DNA from: Chthoniobacterales bacterium
GTDB lineage: Bacteria > Verrucomicrobiota > Verrucomicrobiia > Chthoniobacterales > DASVRZ01
Assembly: GCA_038228695.1 (NCBI GenBank)
Contig: JBBRPA010000003.1
Coordinates: 25,775-89,774, forward strand
DNA: 64,000 bases
Reading direction: 5' to 3'
Shown here: positions 51,850 through 61,212 of the stretch, piece by piece
Numbering within the stretch: position 1 is the first letter of the stretch
Layout: each line of letters opens with the position of its first letter
Translations under genes and position numbers: made by a program
Notes under the pieces: model-generated
Databases searched by the model: none
What the model was told of the DNA's origin: nothing
Seen by the model: only the letters and a program-made list of their open reading frames with translations

Positions 51850-52248
51850 ACAGAGGAAAACTTCACAGCCGCCTGCTCGTGGAGCCATCGATGGACTCGG
51901 GCAGCTTTTATTGCGGCAGGATCAATGCAATACGCCCACGAAAGGTCAGATCGGAGACGTGTGGCAAGTTTTACTGACAATCCAAGTCTCTCTAGACGAA
52001 TAGGTTACAATCGTAGTTCAATAAATAACGTAAGAACTATGGTTCTGTCTTTCGGTGGTAATCTACCGGAAAAACCTTTCGCGAACGCACTTTATTAGCA
52101 ATACCGCCGCCGAAACAAAACTGCTTCCTGCCTCGGCGATCCACTTGTGCCGAATACTCTCCTTTCAGTCTCCCGATGCGAAGCGGTCCTCTCTTTTCCC
52201 TAAATCGCGCTTGTTTCCGAGTGTTAAACACTTCACCTTAGGCGGGGT

Positions 52249-53304
52249 ATGTCATTTATCAAAACCGTTTTCGAGAAACTCGCCCGGCATCCGAAACGCG
52301 TCGTCTTCCCAGAGGGCACCGAGCCTCGTGTGCTCCGTGCTGCCAGCCAGTTTGTCGCACTGAAACTAGGCTCGCCCATTTTGCTGGGGGACCGTTCGGC
52401 CGTTGAAAATGCAGCGAAAGCCCAGGGCATTAGCCTCGACCACATCATGGTTATCAATCCGGGCAACTCCTCCGACTTTGAGACCTTTGTTGAGCGTTTC
52501 GAGAAACTCGAGCGCTACCGCAAAATGGGACCGGCGAGCTGCCGCGAACTCATGCTCAATGCCAATTTTTTCGGGGCTATGATGTTGCAATATGGCCAAG
52601 CCGACGCCTTGGTCGGCGGCGCCTCGGCGTTTTCGAGTTCGTTACTCCGCCCGCTCATTCAAATTGTTGCTCCGCTCGCCCACGTGAAGACCATTTCCAG
52701 TTGCACGATCATGGAAACAAACGACCACTCCGTCGGTGATAACGGGGTTCTCTTCATGGGAGATTGCGCGGTCGTGCCCAATCCCGACATTGAGCAACTG
52801 GCAGCTATTGCCGTGGAGACCGGCCGCCTCTCGCGCCAACTCACCGGCGTCCGACCGCGCGTCGCCTTGCTTTCTTTTTCCACCCGGGGCAGCGCCAAGA
52901 TGCCAATCACCGAAAAGATCGCTGCTGCTACGGCGCTCGCCAAAAAAATCGCCAGCGAACAGTTTCTCGACATGGCGATCGACGGCGAACTCCAAGCCGA
53001 CGCCGCGCTCCTGCCCGAATTGGCCGCCAAGAAAGTGCCGAGCAGCGAAGTCGCAGGCAAGGCCAACGTCTTGATCTTCCCCGATCTGAACAGCGGTAAC
53101 ATCGCCAGCAAACTCGTCCAATATCTCGCCAAACCTAAAGTTTACGGACAGCTCCTCACCGGCCTCTCCAAACCTGCCGCCGAGCTCTCTCGCGGAGCGA
53201 CGGTGGAGGAGATCGTTGGCGTCGCCGCCATCGCCGGGTTGCAGGCGATCGAATATCGCAAACTCTATCCCAACGACAATCCGCTCGACAGTTTTTTGCC
53301 CTGA
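52249..53304 (+). CDS. pta: phosphate acetyltransferase (short form)
   Basis: PKRVVFPEGTEPRVLRAASQF, ADALVGGA, and FPDLNSGNIASKLVQ near the C-terminus. Confidence 0.88.
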   Translation: MSFIKTVFEKLARHPKRVVFPEGTEPRVLRAASQFVALKLGSPILLGDRSAVENAAKAQGISLDHIMVINPGNSSDFETFVERFEKLERYRKMGPASCRELMLNANFFGAMMLQYGQADALVGGASAFSSSLLRPLIQIVAPLAHVKTISSCTIMETNDHSVGDNGVLFMGDCAVVPNPDIEQLAAIAVETGRLSRQLTGVRPRVALLSFSTRGSAKMPITEKIAAATALAKKIASEQFLDMAIDGELQADAALLPELAAKKVPSSEVAGKANVLIFPDLNSGNIASKLVQYLAKPKVYGQLLTGLSKPAAELSRGATVEEIVGVAAIAGLQAIEYRKLYPNDNPLDSFLP

Positions 53305-53331
53305 CTAGGCAGACCCGTCCCGTCCCGAAAA

Positions 53332-53706
53332 ATGGGTAATGTGCGCGATCGGTTTGGGGACTTGTCCCTTTGCGAAGTCTGCGCTTTATCTCTACCGCGT
53401 GGAGGGGAGGGAGCCATTTGCAGTCGGCGTTGTGCCGGGCTTCGAAAATTGAGCCGCCAAATTCTCGCTCAAGTGCCGGAATGGCACACACGAATCCTCG
53501 CTGAACTCGCCACTCTCACTCCCGGAACGACCGTTTGCCCAGGCGAACTCGCCACGCTTTTGCTTCCTAAAATTGAAAAGCCGCTCACCGTTTTGCGCCC
53601 GCTCATTTACCAAATGGCCGAGGAAGGTCGGTTAATTCTCAGCCAAAAAAACGTCAAAACCCCGTGGTGGAAAATTCGCGGTCCTTTTCGCGTTCGCTTG
53701 GCCTAA
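53332..53706 (+). CDS. DUF3253-like protein
   Basis: TVCPGELATLL ... LRPLIYQMAEEGRLILSQKNVKTPWWKIRGPFRVR matches the DUF3253 pattern. The N-terminus has Cys pairs (CEVC...CSRRC). Confidence 0.6.
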   Translation: MGNVRDRFGDLSLCEVCALSLPRGGEGAICSRRCAGLRKLSRQILAQVPEWHTRILAELATLTPGTTVCPGELATLLLPKIEKPLTVLRPLIYQMAEEGRLILSQKNVKTPWWKIRGPFRVRLA

Positions 53707-54003
53707 TCAGGCCACGTCCACCGACTCATCCCAGCCGCGATCCTCACGGATCGAGCGGAGGCGGTTGCGCACTCCACGCTTGGTGGTCGGAGCATTTACC
53801 CGAGAGGCAATATAACTGGCTAGCACCGGCACAGCCGAGGCGAGGGCGACGGAGAAAAGGGTGATTGCGGTGGTCTGTTTTTGCTTCCGCAATTTATCCG
53901 CGAGGAGCAAGCCGACTCCGCAGCCCACGGCGGTCTGGGCCAAGGAAAAAAGACCCGACATTGAGGCGGAGGTGGGAAAAGTTTTTGGAGGATTCATCGA
54001 CAT
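53707..54003 (-). CDS. hypothetical small membrane protein (98 aa)
   Basis: Two hydrophobic helices (GLFSLAQTAVGCGVGLLLA; AITLFSVALASAVPVLASYI). No family recognised. Confidence 0.4.
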   Translation of the reverse strand: MSMNPPKTFPTSASMSGLFSLAQTAVGCGVGLLLADKLRKQKQTTAITLFSVALASAVPVLASYIASRVNAPTTKRGVRNRLRSIREDRGWDESVDVA

Positions 54004-54068
54004 ACCAATTAATAAAGCATAAACTGGTCCCCAGAAAAGGCAAACCCTGCGATAGCCCCAAGAAATTT

Positions 54069-55130
54069 ATGCATAGCGATCTCTACGTCCTGATTCTAGC
54101 TGGCGGAAGTGGCGAACGATTCTGGCCGTTGAGCCGGAAATCGACTCCCAAGCAGCTTCTCAACCTTTTCTCCGACCAAACCCTCCTCGGCGACACGATT
54201 CAGCGCGTGGCGGGATTAGTTCCGGTCGAAAACATCCTCGTCCTGACCAATCGCGAGCAGGAAGCCTCCGTCCGGCACCTCATTACCTCGCTTCCCGCCG
54301 AAAACATCGTCGCTGAACCGGACAAACGCGATACTGCCGCCGCCATTGCCCTTGGCGTGGGCCTCGTCGCCCGCCGCAACGCCGGTGCCACGATGGTCGT
54401 GCTGCCAGCCGACCATATCATCCGCGACGGAGAAGCGTTGCGAACCGATCTGGAAACGGCCGCCCACGCTGCTAAATCGACCGGGGCACTCGTTACGGTC
54501 GGCATTCCGCCCTCCTGGGCCTGCCCGGGTTTCGGCTACATCGAGCAGGGCCACAACGTTGCCGGACAGCCCTCGTCGGTCTTCGACGTCATTCGCTTTC
54601 GAGAGAAACCCAACGCCGAACTTGCCGAAACGTTTCTCAAACATGGGAATTTTCGCTGGAACGCCGGCATGTTCATTTGGACCATCCCGTCCATCCTCGC
54701 CGAATTCCAGTGGAACACCCCGCCACTCGCCGCTTTTATCGAACGGCTCGTCGCCACCGCCGATCTGGACGCGTTGCTACAGGCCGAATTCAGCCAATTG
54801 CCGAAGATTTCCATCGACTACGCCATCCTCGAGAAAGCCAAGCACGTCCTCATGGTCGAAGCCACCTTCGACTGGGACGACGTCGGCGGCTGGCTTGCCG
54901 TGGCCAATTATTTGCCAACCGACGGCCACGACAACCGCGCCAACACTTCCACCACGGTGACTGATTCCGGCAACAACATCGTCTATTCCAAGGGCAAAAA
55001 ACATGTCGCCCTGCTCGGTGTCTCCGACCTCATCGTCGTTGAAACGCCCGACGCCATTCTCATCGCCAGCCGGCACGAAGCCGAGAAGATCAAGACCCTG
55101 ATCAAAAAGATTCCGCCTGAGTTACAATGA
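54069..55130 (+). CDS. mannose-1-phosphate guanylyltransferase (GDP-mannose pyrophosphorylase)
   Basis: Start refined to MHSDLYVLILAGGSGERFWPLSRKSTPKQLL (ATG 54069). Motifs VLPADHII, GYIE, FREKP and WNAGMFIW. Confidence 0.9.
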   Translation: MHSDLYVLILAGGSGERFWPLSRKSTPKQLLNLFSDQTLLGDTIQRVAGLVPVENILVLTNREQEASVRHLITSLPAENIVAEPDKRDTAAAIALGVGLVARRNAGATMVVLPADHIIRDGEALRTDLETAAHAAKSTGALVTVGIPPSWACPGFGYIEQGHNVAGQPSSVFDVIRFREKPNAELAETFLKHGNFRWNAGMFIWTIPSILAEFQWNTPPLAAFIERLVATADLDALLQAEFSQLPKISIDYAILEKAKHVLMVEATFDWDDVGGWLAVANYLPTDGHDNRANTSTTVTDSGNNIVYSKGKKHVALLGVSDLIVVETPDAILIASRHEAEKIKTLIKKIPPELQ

Positions 55131-55549
55131 GAATCCTCGGGATCGACCACGGCGAAGCCCGCATTGGCGTCGCCTTATCCGACGAACTGGGCATGCTCGC
55201 GCATCCGTTGGAGACGCTCGACGGACGCGAGAAATTCAACGCCATCGCGGGCAAAATTACCGGTCTAGTCACCTCGAAAAGCGTCGAGCGCATCGTCCTT
55301 GGTCTGCCTCGCAACATGAATGGCACCTACGGGCCCGCCGCGGAGAAAGTCCGCGCTTTCGCAGAAAAACTAAAACCCCTGCTGCCCGTTCCGATCATTC
55401 TCTGGGATGAGCGCATGACCACGCAGCAGGCGCAACGCTCACTTCACGACGCCGGGCGCAACGTGAAAAATAGCCGCAAAGTCATCGACCAAGTGGCCGC
55501 TGTGATCATTCTGCAAAGCTACCTCGATTCGTTAAGCTCGCTTAGTTAG
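55127..55549 (+). CDS. ruvX: Holliday junction resolvase-like / pre-16S rRNA nuclease YqgF
   Basis: MRILGIDHGEARIGVALSD, VLGLPRNMNG, WDERMTT and AAVIILQSYL. ATG overlaps the upstream stop. Confidence 0.9.
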   Translation: MRILGIDHGEARIGVALSDELGMLAHPLETLDGREKFNAIAGKITGLVTSKSVERIVLGLPRNMNGTYGPAAEKVRAFAEKLKPLLPVPIILWDERMTTQQAQRSLHDAGRNVKNSRKVIDQVAAVIILQSYLDSLSSLS

Positions 55550-55565
55550 GTGCCGCGTTTCAGCG

Positions 55566-56033
55566 GTGCGGGCAGTTTCGATCTCGGCTCCGAGGGCCCG
55601 TTTGACTTGGCGCCGAAACGGGGTTTGGCTGCTAACTGTGTGCAACCGATTTGTCCAGAATGGGCGCGAGATTCGTCCGGGTCAGAAAGCCACCGTGCGG
55701 CTGCGCGGCCCCGGAGGGGAATTTGAGCTTCCGTGTGATAGCGCGGTGTTCGGTGGCCCGGCGCGAACGGAGAGTCAGAAATATTGGATAAATCGCGAGG
55801 GTGCCGAACTAGTTGCGATTCCGGGCATTGAGCGATTTGGCGAGAAGGACAAAACAACCGGACAGCAAAACTGGGAGGATGTTCCAACTGGCTCCACCAT
55901 GCAGGGCCTGCTTCTACCCACGCCGCCAGGGAAGGAATACCGCCTGCTTAAGGTGCTCACGCAACCGGCTTCGGAAGATCAGATCGCGCGTCTCGGGAAT
56001 GACCGCGTGCCACTGTTCGATCTGGCAGGTTAG
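55566..56033 (+). CDS. hypothetical protein (start uncertain)
   Basis: The ORF carries only a GTG start. Codon usage looks like that of the neighbours, but no family was confidently recognised. Confidence 0.3.
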   Translation: MRAVSISAPRARLTWRRNGVWLLTVCNRFVQNGREIRPGQKATVRLRGPGGEFELPCDSAVFGGPARTESQKYWINREGAELVAIPGIERFGEKDKTTGQQNWEDVPTGSTMQGLLLPTPPGKEYRLLKVLTQPASEDQIARLGNDRVPLFDLAG

Positions 56034-56172
56034 TTATCATCTAACTACGATCTGCCAAATTAATTCCGTTGAAAGCTAACTACGCTGGTCACGGGCGACT
56101 AGCGTCCGGAATTGAGATCGGCACTACCCGAGATCACACCCTTATTGCGGCCACACGATTTCTCAAAATGCT

Positions 56173-57414
56173 CTAAACGCGCCGGATGACGGCGCAGCTG
56201 TTGATGCCGCCAAAACCAAAGCTGTTGGTTAGGATGGTGTTCATCCGCATTTCCCTAGCTTGGTTGGGAACGACATCGAGCGGGCAGGCCGGGTCGGGCG
56301 TTTCGTAATTCAAGGTGGGCGGCACCCAGTCGTTCTCGAGAGCGAGAGCGCAGATCACGGCCTCGATCGCCCCGGTCGCACCAAGCGGATGCGCAGTGTA
56401 ACCCTTTGTCCCGCTAATCGGAATGCGCTTGGCAATTTCGGGACCGAGCGCGGCTTGGACGCAGAAACACTCGTTGGAGTCGTTCATTTGCGTACTGCTC
56501 GCATGAGCGTTGATGTAGTCGATGTCCTCGGGACAGATGCGCGCCTCAGTGAGAGCGTCGCGAATGGCACGGGTGGCAGCTTCCCCACCGGGAAGGGGAG
56601 TGGTCATGTGATGCGCGTCGTTGTTTAGACTGTAACCAATCACCTCGCCGTAGATGCGAGCGCCGCGTTTTTTTGCGTGTTCGTATTCCTCGATAATCAG
56701 GCTGGCGGCTCCTTCTCCCATCACGAAACCGTCGCGATGGAGGTCGAAAGGACGGCAGGCTTGCGCGGGGTCGCCCGTCCAGTTCGACATGGTCCGAATA
56801 AAGGCAAACGCGCCAAAGGTGAGGGGACTGAGCGGCGCCTCGGCCGCACCAGCGACCATCACTTCGGCCCAGCCGTCGCGGATGTATCGAACGGCCTCGC
56901 CAATGGCGACCGTGCCGCTGGCGCAGGAGTTAGAATTGGTCGTTCCCACTCCGCGAAGACCGAACTCAATGGCAATATTCGAGTGCGCGGAGCCGCCGAA
57001 GACTTGCAGAGCGAGCGTTTGGATAACGGCGCGGGGACCTTTTTCAACGAAGAGGGCGTGCTGCGATTCCGCATTGGAAATGCCCGCCAGCGCCGTTCCG
57101 TAGCTGACGCCGATGCGCGAGGTGGGTAGGTCTGCGCTAACGTCGATGCCCGCATCGTCAAGCGCCAGTTTCGCAGACGCAACCGCAAACTGGGCGTAGC
57201 GATCCAGTCGCTTCAGGCGGTGCGGTGGGAAAAAGACAGCCGGATCCCAATCGTCAATCTGCCCAGCGCAGTGGGCTCGGAAGAGGGTGGTGTCGAATTT
57301 TGTGATCCGCGTGATTCCGCTTTTCTGCGCGAGCAAGCCTTGCCAAAAGGCGGCTTTGCCAGTTCCGATGCAGGTGATGGGGCCGAGGCCGGTGATGACT
57401 GCGCGCCGAGTCAC
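56173..57414 (-). CDS. beta-ketoacyl-ACP synthase (KAS I/II type, Cys-His-His)
   Basis: Start refined to GTG 57414 (VTRRAVITGLGPIT), overlapping the upstream stop as GTGA. Active-site Cys in NSNSCASGTVAIGEA, His in INAHASSTQMND and GYTAHPLGATG, and C-terminal NSFGFGGIN. Confidence 0.9.
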   Translation of the reverse strand: MTRRAVITGLGPITCIGTGKAAFWQGLLAQKSGITRITKFDTTLFRAHCAGQIDDWDPAVFFPPHRLKRLDRYAQFAVASAKLALDDAGIDVSADLPTSRIGVSYGTALAGISNAESQHALFVEKGPRAVIQTLALQVFGGSAHSNIAIEFGLRGVGTTNSNSCASGTVAIGEAVRYIRDGWAEVMVAGAAEAPLSPLTFGAFAFIRTMSNWTGDPAQACRPFDLHRDGFVMGEGAASLIIEEYEHAKKRGARIYGEVIGYSLNNDAHHMTTPLPGGEAATRAIRDALTEARICPEDIDYINAHASSTQMNDSNECFCVQAALGPEIAKRIPISGTKGYTAHPLGATGAIEAVICALALENDWVPPTLNYETPDPACPLDVVPNQAREMRMNTILTNSFGFGGINSCAVIRRV

Positions 57415-57854
57415 GCGAGGGATTTTTCTAGGTGAATTTTCATGTGTTTGAGAGTCTGGCTGGCGACGTGGGAAATAAAGAAATCGCCGATGACAGGTTC
57501 CGCCAGCGGGGCGAGCCAGGGAATGCGAAAGGCCAGTTCGTGCATGATTTCCACGCGGACACCTTCCGGAGTGTCGGTGAAGGTCCAGACGACTTCCATG
57601 CCTTTGGTGAACGCCTTGAGATGGCGGAAACGGACTTCCATTTTTTCGCGGTCGATGATTTCCTCGCTCGTCCAAGAGATGGGAATACCACTGCGATGGC
57701 AGGCCATTTTCACGATGTGGCGATCGTTTCCGCGCTCGAGATACCGGATGTATCGGTAATGGGGTAAAATCTCCGGCCAACGGGAAAGGTCGGCGGCCGT
57801 GGCGAAGATGCGTTCCTTCGGGGCGCGAATGATAATCGAGTTTCCAGTGTGCAT
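57411..57854 (-). CDS. SRPBCC-superfamily (polyketide cyclase/dehydrase-like) protein
   Basis: 147 aa with the typical START/Bet-v1-like pattern: IIIRAPKERIFATAADLSRWPEILPHY ... ISWTSEEIIDRE ... WTF. Confidence 0.75.
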   Translation of the reverse strand: MHTGNSIIIRAPKERIFATAADLSRWPEILPHYRYIRYLERGNDRHIVKMACHRSGIPISWTSEEIIDREKMEVRFRHLKAFTKGMEVVWTFTDTPEGVRVEIMHELAFRIPWLAPLAEPVIGDFFISHVASQTLKHMKIHLEKSLA

Positions 57855-57857
57855 GAT

Positions 57858-58577
57858 TCAGAGTGATATACGCCTGACGTAATGGCAGTAGGCTTCGTCA
57901 TTTTCCACGAAAAAATCTTTCAACCGGAAACAACGGGACGCGGGAAGGAAATCACCGGGTAGTCCGGTCATGGTTGGGGCGTTTTTCCCGCCGAAGATTT
58001 GCGGCGCAATCGTAACAAACATCTCATCCACGAGATCGGCGGCGAGGAGAGATTTAACCAGGGTCGGACCGCCCTCGCAGACCAGCGACCGAACGGCGTA
58101 ATGTTTTGCTAGGTCGGCCAGAAGAGTAGGCAGGGGAACTTCATTTCCCGGATACAGGCGCAAGGTCGCCAATGGGGCGAGCATTTCCCGATTGGCGGAG
58201 TCCATCGCCTCGCTGGAGGCTACGAGGATCGGGGAAGCGGTGCTCGAGAAGACGTTCAGCGTGGGCGAAATGGTGCCGGAATTGGAAATGAGAACCCGGA
58301 GCGGATGGGCGGACTGACCACGCGAAAGGCGGGCGGCCCGAAGGCTTTCGTCGGGCAGAGTCATCGACATTCGATCGGTCTCAGCCGTGCCGCGGCCGAC
58401 CAGTAAAGCGTCGCCCAGCGAGCGGATCTCGAGGAGTCGTTGTTTGTCCCGGGAGGAAGTGAAACCCGAGGCCGTATGATTGCGAGTAGCCACCTTTCCG
58501 TCAGCCGTCATCGCAAAATTCGTCATTACCCGGGGCCTTCGCATCGCGAGGAAGCTAAACGAATCATCAACGGTCAC
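57858..58577 (-). CDS. RibD C-terminal-domain (dihydrofolate-reductase-like) reductase
   Basis: FAMTADGKVATRNH, LLVGRGTAETD, LVCEGGPTLVKSLLAADLVDEMFVTIAPQIFGG. GTG start as annotated; in-frame ATGs follow. Confidence 0.75.
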   Translation of the reverse strand: MTVDDSFSFLAMRRPRVMTNFAMTADGKVATRNHTASGFTSSRDKQRLLEIRSLGDALLVGRGTAETDRMSMTLPDESLRAARLSRGQSAHPLRVLISNSGTISPTLNVFSSTASPILVASSEAMDSANREMLAPLATLRLYPGNEVPLPTLLADLAKHYAVRSLVCEGGPTLVKSLLAADLVDEMFVTIAPQIFGGKNAPTMTGLPGDFLPASRCFRLKDFFVENDEAYCHYVRRISL

Positions 58578-58616
58578 GGAACATAAAAAACAACCGGCAG
58601 ATCAATTAGCGGTCAT

Positions 58617-58634
58617 GTTACAATTTGGTGACGA
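58617..58634 (-). promoter_or_regulatory. Pho-box-like site (minus-strand reading TCGTCAC-CAAA-TTGTAAC) upstream of the RibD_C/SRPBCC/KAS operon
   Basis: 17 of 18 positions match the site at 59533-59550, in the opposite orientation. It ends 40 nt upstream of the GTG at 58577. Two 7-mers are separated by a 4-nt spacer, as in PhoB boxes. Confidence 0.45.
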
Positions 58635-58823
58635 AACGAACCGGGAGCGCGGAGACGATTTGGTTTCCTACGAATAAAAGCTAACAGAGTTCACTCGTGA
58701 AAGCGCCTTTTCGAGCAGTCGCGAATCGGCAAATTAGGTGGACCTCTGGAGAGGGCTTTGCCGGTGGCTTTCCTCTTGCCCTTCGATTTTGGCCTTCCTA
58801 CGCTTCATTTACCCAATTTTGAC

Positions 58824-59516
58824 ATGAGCGAAAAAATTATCGTCGTCGATGATGAGGTCGATGTAGCTGACCTCGTCAGTTTTCATCTGAAAAAAGCCAA
58901 ATATGAGGTAATCACGGTGGCAGACGGGGCGACTGCGCTGCCGTTGATTCGCGCCGAGAACCCGAACCTCGTCGTGCTCGATTTGATGCTTCCCGGCATC
59001 TCCGGACTGGAAATTTGTCGTGCACTGAAAAGCGACCCGAAGACGGCGCCCATCCCGGTCATCATGCTAACTGCCAAGGCGGATGAGGTAGACCGCATCG
59101 TCGGCTTCGAATTGGGCGCGGACGATTACGTGGTCAAGCCGTTCAGCCCTCGGGAATTCGTTCTGCGGGTAAATGCCGTGGTGCGCCGCAACGCGGCCGG
59201 GGCGGCAGCTGATCGCTTGGTGGCTGGTCAAATTGCCGTGGATCGCACCAAACACGCGGTCACCGTCGAAGGGAAACCGATCGATTGCACCGCGACTGAG
59301 TTCAAGCTGATCTCGATCCTGATCGAACGCCGGGGCCGAGTGCAGAGCCGGGACCGGCTCCTCTCCGATGTTTGGGGTTATGAAGCGGCTATCGACACAC
59401 GAACCGTGGACACCCATATGCGCCGCCTCCGAGAAAAACTCGGTAAATACGGCTCTTATCTCGAAACGGTGCGTGGCTTCGGCTACCGGATTTGTGAGGA
59501 TCTTCCGGGGGCATGA
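58824..59516 (+). CDS. phoB: OmpR/PhoB-family response regulator
   Basis: Start refined to MSEKIIVVDDEVDV (ATG 58824). Receiver LVVLDLMLPGISG and KPF. Winged-helix C-terminus TVDTHMRRLREKL...VRGFGYR. Lies adjacent to the pst genes. Confidence 0.88.
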   Translation: MSEKIIVVDDEVDVADLVSFHLKKAKYEVITVADGATALPLIRAENPNLVVLDLMLPGISGLEICRALKSDPKTAPIPVIMLTAKADEVDRIVGFELGADDYVVKPFSPREFVLRVNAVVRRNAAGAAADRLVAGQIAVDRTKHAVTVEGKPIDCTATEFKLISILIERRGRVQSRDRLLSDVWGYEAAIDTRTVDTHMRRLREKLGKYGSYLETVRGFGYRICEDLPGA

Positions 59517-59532
59517 TTGGTTAAACGCCCGA

Positions 59533-59550
59533 TTGTCACCAAATTGTAAC
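59533..59550 (+). promoter_or_regulatory. Pho box-like site TTGTCAC-CAAA-TTGTAAC with candidate -10 TACACT (59562-59567)
   Basis: Two direct 7-mers with 11-bp periodicity resemble the E. coli consensus CTGTCAT-A(A/T)A(T/A)-CTGTCA(C/T). The site lies 77 nt upstream of the porin ATG, in the porin-pstSCA direction. Confidence 0.6.
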
Positions 59551-59626
59551 AATTCAGTATTTACACTAGCCAATGATTTCGGTCTAAAAGGAGTTCCATT
59601 CGTAACCTTAACCACCCAAATCCAAA

Positions 59627-61182
59627 ATGAATCGCCCCATCCGGAACCTAGGCGCTGGTCTGTTGATCGCCGCCTCCTCCCTCGCCGCCACCACCGTTTC
59701 CGCGCAGGACAGCGGCCCCCTGATCGACAAACTCGTTCAGAAAGGCATCCTCACAGATCAGGAGGCGGAAGATCTTCGCGCCGATCTGGTTAAGGATTTC
59801 CAGACTTCCTCGGCAGGCAAATTAAACATTTCATCGCCAGTCACCGAAATGAAACTCTACGGCGACGGCCGTTTGCGTTACCAATACGACGATCAGCAAG
59901 CCCAGACGGCCAACACGGACAACGTTACCCAGCGGAGCCGTTTCCGATATCGCTTGCGGCTGAATGCGGACTTCCGGTTGACCAATAATTTCTTCGGCGG
60001 AGTGCAATTAGAGACTGGCCAAGCCGCCGACAGCGCCAACGAGACGGTCCAACCCGGTTACACCGATTCCTCGATTTTCATCAATCGCATCTTCCTTGGC
60101 GTGAATATCAGCGACTGGGGTACAGTGGTCCTCGGCAAACAGAAGAATCCCTTATACACCACCGATCTGGTCTGGGATCCGGACATCAGCCCCTACGGCG
60201 TGTCCGAATCCATCTCGCTCGATCACTTGTTTGCCACAAAAGGCGAAGCCGGGACCGCTGCCGTCTCCGGTTACGGCAAGGACGGTAAGACTGTCACTTC
60301 CTACACTACCGGAGGAACTACCGGCAGCGATTGGGGTCCATTCAAGCTCTCGTTTGTTGCCGGTCAGTATGTATATGACACGAACAACAGCGAGGCCGCC
60401 ATCGATGGCGACGCTAAGAATGACGCGTTTCAATTCGTTGGTCAGTTGGTCGCCAGCTATGAGTTTAACAGCAAAACGTCCATTACGTTCGCGCCCGGCT
60501 TCCTGATTTACAACGCCGCCGACGCGGGAGATTCCATTGCGTTAAACAACGAAACACCCTTCAGCGGAGCTAGCGGTTATGTCGATCGCAACAGCGACGG
60601 TATCGCCGATTTTACCGTCAACGGCTTTAATTTAACCGTGACCAACGGGTCGGTCTCTGGCGAGACTCGCGACCTCGCTATCGTTACCGCACCGGGCGAG
60701 GTGAAATTCCCGATTGGCTCGCTGAACGGACGCTTCTATTGGGATTTTGCCTACAATACGGCCGGCAGCAATCGCTATAAAGACGTTTACGGTTTCGGAT
60801 TGCTCATTCCGTCCATCGGCGCGGCAGACGAGTTAGTTCTCACCAGCAACGCAGTTTCACCACCCAAGACGCCATGGCCTGGCTGGTTGGTCTCGAAATT
60901 GGTCAAGGCAAAGGCCAAGGCGCCTGGACCTTGTTCGCCAACTATCGCGAAACCGGCATTGCCTCGGTTGATCCCAACCTGAACGACTCTGACTTCGCGC
61001 TTGGCAGATTGAACAGCCGCGGATTCAAGTTCGGCGCTACCTACGGCTTCTCCGACGCGGTCTCCCTCGGCGTCACTGGGTTCGTTACCTACAACCTCGA
61101 TGACAACCTCGTCGATTCGTTTGGCCTCGCCAATCGCAACGCGGTCAACACCGTCCAGATCGATCTCAACTTTAAATTCTAA
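59627..61182 (+). pseudogene. outer-membrane porin gene interrupted by a frameshift near 60836-60860 (or a sequencing error)
   Basis: ORF 59627-60982 is porin-like up to about ...GAADELVLTSNA, then becomes a low-complexity tail (SPPKTPWPGWLVSKLVKAKAKAPGP). A second frame (ORF 60874-61182) continues with porin-like sequence, AWLVGLEIGQGKGQGAWTLFANYRE..., and ends in the typical ...QIDLNFKF. Confidence 0.7.
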
Positions 61183-61212
61183 ACGTCCATCTATTTATTA
61201 CCCAAACTACCT

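Noticed and set aside
51992-52009. A Pho-box-like sequence on the minus strand (TTGAACT-ACGA-TTGTAAC) in the 400-bp gap upstream of pta.
   Set aside because: Only the second half-site matches. The first half-site shares 3 of 7 positions, and the orientation points away from pta into the 3' end of the LacI gene. This is probably chance.
55566-56033. Possible divergent SOS-response-associated peptidase (SRAP/YedK-like) C-terminal region (…LTQPASEDQIARLGNDRVPLF).
   Set aside because: It lacks the obligatory N-terminal Cys2 and most conserved blocks. The resemblance is limited to a few residues, so it is kept as a hypothetical protein with low confidence.
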